Shown one piece after another: positions 23,301 to 33,751 of a stretch of 64,000 nt of DNA. The DNA lies in assembly GCA_963736425.1 (NCBI GenBank), contig CAVTOX010000016.1, positions 22,719-86,718 of the forward strand, in the 5' to 3' direction. The stretch comes from an uncultured Actinomycetes bacterium. Lineage in GTDB: Bacteria > Actinomycetota > Actinomycetes > S36-B12 > CAIYMF01. Made by a program: the position numbers and the translations under genes. A model generated the notes under the pieces. The model did no database searches. It was not told the origin of the DNA and was given only the letters and a program-made list of their open reading frames with translations. Numbering within the stretch: the first letter of the stretch is position 1; the number at the start of each line of letters is the position of its first letter.

Positions 23301-23516
23301 CTAGAGGGCCGAGACCTCGCGCTCGATGGCCTCGACGGCGTCCTGGCCGATCATCCCGCCGGCCATGCCCATGGCCTGCGCGGCCGGCATGCCCTTGGCC
23401 ATCCCCAGCATCGGGTTGCTGGTGATACCAGGAGCGTGCTTCTCCATGATCGCCACGACGTCGGGGTCCTCCATCATCGCGCCGAGGGTGGTGGTGTTGA
23501 TGTCGTACTTCGCCAT
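23301..23516 (-). CDS. small Met/Gly-rich hypothetical protein (71 aa)
   Basis: MAKYDINTTTLGAMMEDPDVVAIMEKHAPGITSNPMLGMAKGM... Preceded by AAGGGA, with high GC3. The longer track ORF (to 23777) lacks coding character upstream. Confidence 0.55.
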   Translation of the reverse strand: MAKYDINTTTLGAMMEDPDVVAIMEKHAPGITSNPMLGMAKGMPAAQAMGMAGGMIGQDAVEAIEREVSAL

Positions 23517-23629
23517 GGGGGTTCCCTTCGATGTGGTTGCCTGTCGGGCAAATACTGGCACGCCGCAGCCAGCGACCCAAGACCGGGGACGGCCCCGCGT
23601 CATGATCCATGCAGCTTCGGTGGCCTGGG

Positions 23630-25777
<2,148 letters not shown>

Positions 25778-25870
25778 GCGCGTCTCCTCGCTGCTGGCCC
25801 TCGCCACGCTAGACGCTGTGGGCCCTCCATCGCGCGCGTAGGCTGGGCGGACCGCGCTGAAGGAGCCCTC

Positions 25871-26698
25871 ATGGAGTTCACCGGGACCTCGTCCTACCTC
25901 ACCGATCCGGCCCTGGAGACGGCCGTGCGCTGCGCCCTGGTCCTGGAGAAGCCCCTGCTGGTCCGCGGTGAGCCGGGCACCGGCAAGACCCTGCTCGCGG
26001 AGGCCGTGGCCGAGGCGCTGGGCATGGAGCTGGTGACCTGGAACGTCAAGAGCACTACCCGCGCCCAGGAGGGGCTCTACACCTACGACACGGTGCAGCG
26101 CCTCTACGACAGCCGGTTCGGCGACCACAACGTCCAGGACATCGCCGACTACATCCATCTCGGGCCGATGGGTCAAGCCTTCAGCGCGGAGCAACGCGTC
26201 GTGCTGCTCATCGACGAGATCGACAAGGCCGACCTGGAGTTCCCCAACGACCTGCTCCACGAGCTGGACCGGATGCGCTTCACCATCTCCGAGACGGGCG
26301 AGACCATCGCCGCCGCCCACCGACCCGTGGTCATCATCACGAGCAACGCCGAGAAGGAGCTGCCCGACGCCTTCCTGCGCCGATGCGTGTTCCACTTCAT
26401 CGACTTCCCGGACGCCGAGCTGATGGGCCGCATCGTGGAGGTGCATCACCCCGGCCTCGACGACACGCTGCTCGCCCAGGCGCTCGAGGCGTTCTATGCG
26501 GTCCGCGGCATGGACCGGGTCCGCAAGAAGCCCTCCACCAGCGAGCTGATCGACTGGATCGCGATGCTGCGCCTGGCCCAGCCCGACGCCGTGGCCCTCG
26601 ACGAGAGCACGCCCTTCCTCGGCACGCTTCTGAAGAAGGAGCAGGACCTCCAGGCGTTCAACGACCAGATCACCGGCCGGACACGGCGCCGGTTCTGA
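25871..26698 (+). CDS. MoxR-like AAA+ ATPase (CoxD-like)
   Basis: Walker A GEPGTGKTLLA, Walker B LLIDEIDKA, sensor region VIITSN. GAAGGAG lies before ATG 25871. 275 aa. Confidence 0.9.
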   Translation: MEFTGTSSYLTDPALETAVRCALVLEKPLLVRGEPGTGKTLLAEAVAEALGMELVTWNVKSTTRAQEGLYTYDTVQRLYDSRFGDHNVQDIADYIHLGPMGQAFSAEQRVVLLIDEIDKADLEFPNDLLHELDRMRFTISETGETIAAAHRPVVIITSNAEKELPDAFLRRCVFHFIDFPDAELMGRIVEVHHPGLDDTLLAQALEAFYAVRGMDRVRKKPSTSELIDWIAMLRLAQPDAVALDESTPFLGTLLKKEQDLQAFNDQITGRTRRRF

Positions 26699-27858
26699 TG
26701 TTCCTGCCGCTGCTCTACCGGCTGCGTGCGGAGCGCGTCCCGGTCGGGACCACCGAGGCCCTGGCGCTGGGCCGAGCGCTGGCCGCCGGGGCCCACCGCA
26801 ACAGCGTCACCGGCTACTACCACGTGGCCCGCTCGATCCTGATCCACCACGAGGGGCACCTCGACGCCTTCGACCGCGCGTTCGCCGCGGAGTACCGCGG
26901 GGTCCTGAGCATGTCCGACGAGATGCGCGAGTGGCTCGACGAGGTGGCCGAGCGCGGCGAGCATTCGGACGGGGGCGAGGACGCCCTGCCCGACCTCGAC
27001 GAGCTGCTCGCCGAGTACCAGAAGCGACTCCGTGAGCAGACCGAGCGCCACGACGGCGGGCCCTACTGGATCGGGACCGGGGGGACCTCGCCGTTCGGCC
27101 GGGGCGGGACCGCCGCCGGCGGCCTGAGCACGGGATCCTCCGGTGGCGGGCGTGCCGCCATCAACATCGCCGATGCCCGTCGCTATCGCGGGTACCGGTC
27201 GGATGTGACCCTCGATATCCGCCAGCTCGAGGTCGCCCTGCGCCGGCTGCGGGCCTTCGTCCGCGACGGTGCCGCCGACGAGCTCGACATCGCCGCCACG
27301 ATCGATGCCACAGCCCGCAACGCCGGCGAGATCGAGGTCGTGACCCGCCCGCCGAGCCGGCCGAACACCCACGTGATCCTGATGATCGACGTCGGCGGCT
27401 CGATGCACCCCTACACCGAGCTCATGTCGCAGCTGTTCAGCGCGACCAAGAAGGCCACGCACTTCAAGGAGCTGCGGACCTACTACTTCCACAACTGCGT
27501 CTACGGCGAGGTCTACGGCACCACGGCGTTCGCCGAGCCGACCCCCGTGGTCGACCTCATGCGCCAATGCGCCTCGCACTACAAGCTGATCATGGTCGGC
27601 GACGCCTCCATGGCCCCCTACGAGCTGCACATGGGTGGGCACTGGGCGGCGGGTGGGCCCGACGCCATCTCCGGTCTCGGGTGGCTGCGGATCCTGCGCG
27701 AGCACTTCACCGACGCTGTGTGGCTCAATCCTGAGCCGGGCCTGAGCTGGCGCGGGACCACGATCGAGGACATCGGCGAGGTCATCCCGATGTTCCCGCT
27801 GACCGTCGACGGGCTCACCGAGGGAATGGCCCTTCTCAACCGCGGTGTGCGGCGCTGA
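26698..27858 (+). CDS. VWA domain-containing CoxE-like protein
   Basis: MFLPLLYRLRAERVPVGTTEAL... with a C-terminal VWA/MIDAS-like region (ILMIDVGGSM). The start overlaps the MoxR stop (TGATG 26696-26700). Confidence 0.85.
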   Translation: MFLPLLYRLRAERVPVGTTEALALGRALAAGAHRNSVTGYYHVARSILIHHEGHLDAFDRAFAAEYRGVLSMSDEMREWLDEVAERGEHSDGGEDALPDLDELLAEYQKRLREQTERHDGGPYWIGTGGTSPFGRGGTAAGGLSTGSSGGGRAAINIADARRYRGYRSDVTLDIRQLEVALRRLRAFVRDGAADELDIAATIDATARNAGEIEVVTRPPSRPNTHVILMIDVGGSMHPYTELMSQLFSATKKATHFKELRTYYFHNCVYGEVYGTTAFAEPTPVVDLMRQCASHYKLIMVGDASMAPYELHMGGHWAAGGPDAISGLGWLRILREHFTDAVWLNPEPGLSWRGTTIEDIGEVIPMFPLTVDGLTEGMALLNRGVRR

Positions 27859-28786
27859 CCAGTCCGTCCAGAGTCCCAGCCCGTGCCAGTTCGCCGACGT
27901 AGGAGTGTGCGGCCTGTGCCACGGGCGCCCGCCTCGACAGCGTCATCGTGGCGGTCCCCATGACCTCGCGCAGCCGGGCGTCGGGCTGCACCACGAGCAC
28001 CGGGGTACCCGACCTGCGCACCTGCTCCGCCTCGCGGTCGAGCCGTCGCCGGACCGGCAGGCGAAGCAGCGTCCCGCGCTCGGCGGCGAATGGGTCGGCC
28101 GTGGACATCGGGGCCGAGACCACGACGAGGTCCAGGCCGAGACCCGTCACGAGGTCGAGGTTGTGGATCGACCACATCCCGCCGTCCACGTGCCTGTGCC
28201 CGTCGATGACCACCGGGGTGAAGTAGCCGGGGATGGCGCAGGACGCTGTCACGGCGTCGCGAACCGACGCGGTCGCGTCACGGCCGAATACGACCCGTAC
28301 CCCGTCATCGAGGCGGACGGTGCAGATCCACGTCGGCTGTGCGGGCCAAGCCTCGAAGAGGTCACCGATCCAGCTCACGCCAGCATCCACCGCCAGGTTC
28401 CCTTCGGGGAGCAGCGCCGCTGCCGCAATCCCCGGGCGGTAGCGCCAGGGACGCCGAGCGATCGAGGGCAGCAGCCCGGGCGCTGCCGGGCGACGGGCGG
28501 GTCGCTCCTGGCGCTGCGGCTGGCGCAAGGGGCCCAGGGAGCCGAGCACATGCTCGCCCTCAGCGGACATGGGCGCACCGGCCATGCGTGCGACGAAGTC
28601 GGCCGGGGGCAACCCGGCTCGCAACAGCGCGGCGGAGGTGGATCCCGCTGAGGTCCCCACGATCACCTCGGCACTGCGTGCGTCCCAGTCGGCGAACTCG
28701 GCCAGGCCGGCGACGACCCCGGCGTGGAAGGCCGTCCCGGTGAGGCCGCCGCCGCCGAGTACCAGCCCGATGCGAGGTGGGGTCAT
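27836..28786 (-). CDS. patatin-like phospholipase
   Basis: Oxyanion GGGGLTG, nucleophile GTSAG and catalytic Asp motif VDGGM. The start is set at ATG 28786. Confidence 0.85.
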   Translation of the reverse strand: MTPPRIGLVLGGGGLTGTAFHAGVVAGLAEFADWDARSAEVIVGTSAGSTSAALLRAGLPPADFVARMAGAPMSAEGEHVLGSLGPLRQPQRQERPARRPAAPGLLPSIARRPWRYRPGIAAAALLPEGNLAVDAGVSWIGDLFEAWPAQPTWICTVRLDDGVRVVFGRDATASVRDAVTASCAIPGYFTPVVIDGHRHVDGGMWSIHNLDLVTGLGLDLVVVSAPMSTADPFAAERGTLLRLPVRRRLDREAEQVRRSGTPVLVVQPDARLREVMGTATMTLSRRAPVAQAAHSYVGELARAGTLDGLVSAAHRG

Positions 28787-28791
28787 GGCGA

Positions 28792-29973
28792 TCAGCCTCG
28801 CTCCGGAAGGACTTCGCGCAGCTTCAGCCGACGCCCGGTGATCACCAGCGCGCGACGGTACACGCTCGACCCGAACCACGCGAGGAGCACGGCGGTGCCC
28901 ATGGCCAGCAGCATGCTCAGGAGCAACTGCCATTCGGGGACCGTCCCCGACGACCACCGGATGGGCATGGCCATCGGCGATGTCAGCGGGAACATCGACA
29001 GGGCAACGCTGAGCGCCGACCCCGGATCCTGCTGCACCACGATGACCGCGCCGAGGTAGGCAAGGACCAGGACCGTGGTGACCGGCATGATGGCCGAGCC
29101 CACCTCCGTCACCTTGTCGACCAGGGCCGCCGCGGCGGCGAACAGGAACGCGTACATGAGGAAGCCGAGGACGAACCACGCGACCCCCAGGACGATGTCC
29201 CCGGCGGCGACGACGGGCAGGTCCAGGCCGTCGGTGACGGTGATCGCCGCCAGGATCGGCACCGCCAGGACCATGAGCTGTGCCAGTGTCTGCAGACCGA
29301 TGCCCACCACGTTCCCGACGAGGATCTGGCTGGGCCGCAGCACGGCCAGGAGCACCTCAGCGATCCGAGTCGACTTCTCCACCCCGACGTTCATCGCGAT
29401 GATGTTGCCGCTGAACATGATGGCCATGTAGAGCACGATCCCGACGACGAAGCCGACCGCGGCTCGGCCCTGGTCCTGGACCGGCCCCACCTCCACCTGC
29501 GTGGGCGGGGGTATCGACGAGACCGCGCGGACCTGCTCCGGGGTCAGGCCCGCACTGAGCAGCATCCCGGTGCTCTCCTGCGCGACGACCGCCTGGGCCA
29601 CCAGCACGGGGAAGGCGCCGGGGGCGTCGGTGCGGACGTACATCGTGGCCCCGGCCAGGCCAACCGTCGCGTCCCCCTCGCGGACCGCCGTCTCGACGGC
29701 CGGGGAATCGGCGACGGGCAGGTACTCGACGCCGAACTCGGCGGCCTCGCCCGCGGCGTCGAGCTGTGACTGCACGGCTGTGGATGCCTCACCGACGGTG
29801 GCCAGCGTGTAGGTCGGCTCGTCGCCGGACAGCATCCGGGGGACGAACACGACCGCCAGCCCGACCAGGAGCAGGATCAGCGTGGTGATCCGGACGGTCC
29901 GCGATCGCAGTCCGTCGGACAGGCTCCGGCCGGCGACCAGCCGCGTGCCCTGCCACCAGCTCGAGCCCGGCAT
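28792..29973 (-). CDS. ABC-2 type transporter permease (NatB-like topology)
   Basis: N-terminal TM helix, an extracytoplasmic domain of about 150 aa, then 5 TM helices. The start overlaps the ATPase stop (TGATG 29971-29975). Confidence 0.8.
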   Translation of the reverse strand: MPGSSWWQGTRLVAGRSLSDGLRSRTVRITTLILLLVGLAVVFVPRMLSGDEPTYTLATVGEASTAVQSQLDAAGEAAEFGVEYLPVADSPAVETAVREGDATVGLAGATMYVRTDAPGAFPVLVAQAVVAQESTGMLLSAGLTPEQVRAVSSIPPPTQVEVGPVQDQGRAAVGFVVGIVLYMAIMFSGNIIAMNVGVEKSTRIAEVLLAVLRPSQILVGNVVGIGLQTLAQLMVLAVPILAAITVTDGLDLPVVAAGDIVLGVAWFVLGFLMYAFLFAAAAALVDKVTEVGSAIMPVTTVLVLAYLGAVIVVQQDPGSALSVALSMFPLTSPMAMPIRWSSGTVPEWQLLLSMLLAMGTAVLLAWFGSSVYRRALVITGRRLKLREVLPERG

Positions 29974-30877
29974 CAGCCCACCTCCGCCATCTCGCCGGCG
30001 GCAACCATGAACAGCTGCGACAGGGTCGGCAGGTCCAGGCCGAAGTCCGTGACGTGCCCTGCCGAGCGGGCGGCATCGAGGACTGCCAGCGGATCAGTCC
30101 CCGGGGGCAGGTCGAGCCGGAGGTCATCGGCGCGGTCCTCGACGATGCTCACGTGCGGGAAGCCAGCCAGCCACGCGCGGCTGCTGCCGGCAATCGTCAG
30201 GCGCAACTGACGCCGTCCCGAGGATGCCCGCAGGTCAGCGACCCGGCCCTCCAGCACCGTGCGCCCCTCGTCGAGCATCACGATCGACTCGCACAGGTCC
30301 TGGACGAGGTCGAGCTGGTGGCTGGAGAACAGCACCGTGCGCCCAGCCCGGACCCGCTCTGTGAGGGTGGTGCTCAGATCCGCCACGGCCACGGGGTCGA
30401 GGCCGGCGAACGGCTCGTCGAGCACGATCACCTCCGGGTCGTGCACCAGTGCCGCGGCCAGTTGCAGCCGTTGCTGCATGCCGCCGGACAGCTTGTCCGG
30501 CCGATCCGACCACCGGTCACCAAGTCCCAGCTCGTCGAGGAGTCTGTGGGCCGATCGGGCGGCCTCCACTCGGTCGACCCCGTGCAGTCGGGCGAGGTAG
30601 ACAAGTTGCTCCCCGGCGGGCATCGCGGGGTAGAGGCCACGTTCCTGGGGCATGTACCCCCAGCGCCGCCGATCGGCGGTGGTCACGGGATGGCCCTGCC
30701 AGCGGGTCTCGCCGGCGTCGGGGTCGATCACACCCAACATGATCCGCATGAGTGTGGTCTTGCCGGCTCCGTTGGGCCCAGGAGCCCGGTCAGCACCCCG
30801 GTTGGGACGTCGAACCTCACGTCGTCGAGGACAGGCCGCTCGGCGAAGGCATGCGACACCCCGCGCACCTGGAGCAC
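29973..30877 (-). pseudogene. ABC transporter ATP-binding protein, one frameshift at 30771-30779
   Basis: A GTG 30877 start gives VLQVRGVSHAFAERPVLDDVRFDVPTGVLTGLLGP. The Walker A continuation NGAGKTTLMRIM is in the frame of ORF 29973..31097. One base is missing in the GGGCCCAA run. Confidence 0.8.
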
Positions 30878-31062
30878 AGAACCAGACTACCCGAGCCGGG
30901 GCATCTTCCCGCCGCCGGTCCATGGCTACAGTGGGGCACCACATCGAGCCGGGACGGAGGGACGCCATGACCGCCATCGCGCATGACCTTGCCCTCCAGA
31001 CTCCTGACCACCTGCGACTGCCCGCCACTGCGGCGGCCGCGCCGCCGTTCCGGCGGATCTCG

Positions 31063-32139
31063 ATGAGGATTCCTGCGTTGTCCCACACGTCCTGCACTGC
31101 CCTTGAACCCTACGGATGGACCTCCGCGCGCGCCGATCAGCTGCCGCCGGAACCCATCCCGCCCGCGTCGTCCGGTACGACGGGGCATCCATCTGGCCAT
31201 GACCCCGGACGGGTTGGCCCTGCGCGCGTGCCCGGCTCGACCCGACCCACGGTCGGCGACTGGCTCGCTGTCGCGGGCACCGACGGGGACCCGAACGACG
31301 TCCAGGTCGAACGGGTCCTGGAGCGCACGTCGCTCCTGCGCCGGATGACCGCGGACGGCACCGGGTCGCAGGCCCTGGCCGCCAACGTCGAGCTCGTCCT
31401 GATCGCCTGCGGCCTCGATCGCCCAGTCCGGTCCGGCCGGATCCACCGGGCAGCAGCCCAGGCGTGGGACGCCGACGCCCATCCCGTTCTCGTTCTGACC
31501 AAGGCAGGTGCCCCGGGCGCCGCTGAAGTCGACCTTCCCCGGCTCGAGCTCGAGCACCCGGGCATGCGCGTACTCGTGACGTCCTCCCAGGAGGGGGTCG
31601 GGATCGAGGACGTCCGAGCGGTCGTGGCCGGGCGCACAGCCGTGCTCGTAGGGGAGTCGGGGGCGGGCAAGTCCACGCTCATCAACGCGCTCCTCGGTCG
31701 GGACGAGGTCGCCACCGGCGCTGTGCGGGAGGGTGACGCCAAGGGCCGGCACACGACGACGTCGCGGCAGCTGCACCTGCTCCCCGGGGTGCCGGGCGGG
31801 TGCATCATCGACACCCCGGGCATCCGCTCCCTGGGACTGTTCACCGACGCCGAGTCGGTTGATGCGGCGTTCGCCGACATCCAGGAGCTGGCGGCGCAGT
31901 GCCGGTTCAGCGACTGCGGCCACGCCACCGAGCCGGGCTGTGCCGTGATCGCAGCCTGCGAGTCGGGCCAGCTGCCGCAGGGACGCTACGACTCGTGGCG
32001 CCGGCTGCAGAAGGAGGTCGCGAGTGCGGCGATGCGCGCCTCCCCGCATGAGTTGCGCAAGCACGCCAAGAGGTTCGGGCGAGCGGCCAAGGAGGGGGCT
32101 GCGATGAAGCAGCGGTCGGGGGAGGCGCGTTGGCCGTGA
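31063..32139 (+). pseudogene. rsgA: ribosome small-subunit-dependent GTPase RsgA, with three -1 shifts in the N-terminal OB-fold region
   Basis: The GTPase and zinc-finger part is intact (VLVGESGAGKSTLINAL, DTPGIRS, CRFSDCGHATEPGC). The family N-terminus LEPYGW...PARVVRYDGASI / LAMTPDGLALRA / TVGDWLAV can only be read by stepping through three frames at about 31160, 31192 and 31247. Confidence 0.8.
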
Positions 32140-32178
32140 GGACGGGCCTCACCGCGCGGGCGTGCCTATCCTGATCCG

Positions 32179-32466
32179 ATGGATCTGCGGTTCAGCGGCG
32201 AGGTGTGGTTCTGGAGGGGCCCCTCGCCCTACCACTTCGTCACCGTTCCGGACGAGGAGTGCGCCGCCCTCGAGGCTGCGGCCCCACTCGTGTCCTACGG
32301 GTGGGGAATGATCCCGGTCACCGCGGAGATCGGGGGGACGCGGTGGACGACGTCGTTGTTCCCGAAGGACGGCCGCTACATCGTTCCGCTCAAGGACGTG
32401 GTGCGCCGGGCAGAGGGGCTCGACGTCGGCGACGACGTCACCGTCGGTCTCACCGTGGACGTCTGA
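32179..32466 (+). CDS. DUF1905 domain protein
   Basis: 95 aa: FSGEVWFWRGPSPYHFVTVPDEE...GWGMIPVTAEIGGTRWTTSLFPKDGRYIVPLK. Confidence 0.8.
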   Translation: MDLRFSGEVWFWRGPSPYHFVTVPDEECAALEAAAPLVSYGWGMIPVTAEIGGTRWTTSLFPKDGRYIVPLKDVVRRAEGLDVGDDVTVGLTVDV

Positions 32467-32513
32467 CCAGCCGGCGATCCCATGGGACCGGTGGCGGGTC
32501 AGCACTGCGGCGG

Positions 32514-32648
32514 TCAGTGGATGCCGACGGGCGGGTACCAGACCTGGTCGGGACGTGCCTGATCACCGTGGTCGTCCCCGGTCTGAGTGCCGAGCCCTGA
32601 GGCCACGGCGCTCATCGCCAGCAGGAGGAGGAACAGGACAACGATCAC
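32514..32648 (-). CDS. candidate small membrane/secreted peptide (44 codons; not in the ORF track)
   Basis: GTG 32648 is preceded by AAGG. Sequence VIVVLFLLLLAMSAVASGLGTQTGDDHGDQARPDQVWYPPVGIH. About 38 of 44 codons end in G or C. It is divergent from the LysR gene. Confidence 0.3.
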   Translation of the reverse strand: MIVVLFLLLLAMSAVASGLGTQTGDDHGDQARPDQVWYPPVGIH

Positions 32649-32723
32649 GTGGATCACCTTCGTAGTGCGGGTTCTCGTGCTTTGTGACTACAACGGTACG
32701 CTGACAATCGTGTCCAGTCCAGC

Positions 32724-32773
32724 AACAATGACTTAGATATTGTTCAAGGATCCGATACAATCAGAGGTACAAT
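32724..32773 (+). promoter_or_regulatory. AT-rich divergent control region: interrupted dyad plus duplicated TACAATC (-10-like) immediately before the LysR start
   Basis: AACAAT-N9-ATTGTT (32724-32744). TACAATC at 32756-32762 and 32768-32774. The second TACAAT ends 6 nt before GTG 32780, which suggests a leaderless mRNA. Confidence 0.35.
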
Positions 32774-32779
32774 CGGGGG

Positions 32780-33698
32780 GTGCTGAGCACCCATCTCCTC
32801 GCCGTCCACCGGACCGTCGTCGAAGAGGGCTCCTTGACCCGGGCAGCGGCGGTCCTGGGGCGCACCGTCTCAGCGGTGAGCCAGCAGCTCTCCCAGCTGG
32901 AGGTCCAGGCAGGCTCGGTCCTGTTCGAGAAGGCGGGTCGGGGCGTGCGCCCCACAGCCGCCGGGCAGCTGCTGGCCGAGCACGCGGGGCGGGTGCTCCA
33001 TGAGGTGGAGGAGGCCGAGAACGCCCTGGCCGACCTGCGCGAGGGACGGGTGGGACGCATCCGGGTGGTCGCGTTCCCCTCAGCCGGTGAGTCGCTGCTC
33101 CCCGAGGCGATCGCCACGCTGCGCGAGGTCATGCCCGGTGTGAAGGTGCGGCCGAGCGTGGACGAGACCGGGGCCGCCCTGCGCCGCCTGCGCGCCGGTG
33201 AGGTCGAGCTGGTGGTCGTGGTCGAGCCGTTCGCGCGCGGCGCCCAGCCGGACGACGACCTGCACCGCTGGCACCTGCTCGACGACGAGTACCGGCTGCT
33301 GCTGCCCAGCGCCCACCCCCTGGCGCGTCACCGCACCGTCGCCCTGGACGACCTGTCCGGGGCCGACTGGATCGTCACGAGGGGGCCCGATGACAACTAT
33401 GTCCAGCGGACCACCGTCGCGATCTGCCGGCGCGCGGGCTTCACTCCCAGGGTGGTCGCCGAGAGCGATGAGTTCCCGGTCACGCAGGGCTATGTGGCGG
33501 CAGGGATGGGGGTGTCGTTGGTGCCACTGCTGGCGCTCGGCGCACTGCGGCACGGGGTCGCCGTCCGCCGGTTGGGGCCGGCCCCGAGCTCCCCGGCACA
33601 TCTGGCTGGCGACCCGGCCCGCGCTTCGCGAGCAGCCGACCGTGGTGCGGATGGCCGAGGCCCTGCGACTGGCGGCCGCGAACGCCAACAAGCACTGA
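32780..33698 (+). pseudogene. LysR family transcriptional regulator, one +1 frameshift at about 33582-33594
   Basis: N-terminal [26 protein letters not shown] and the substrate-binding domain run to [11 protein letters not shown]. The C-terminus [34 protein letters not shown] is in the frame of ORF 33198..33698. Confidence 0.85.
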
Positions 33699-33751
33699 CC
33701 GCGACTGACGTCCATGCGCGCGATCCGGGCGGATCATGGGAGGGTCAGGGC

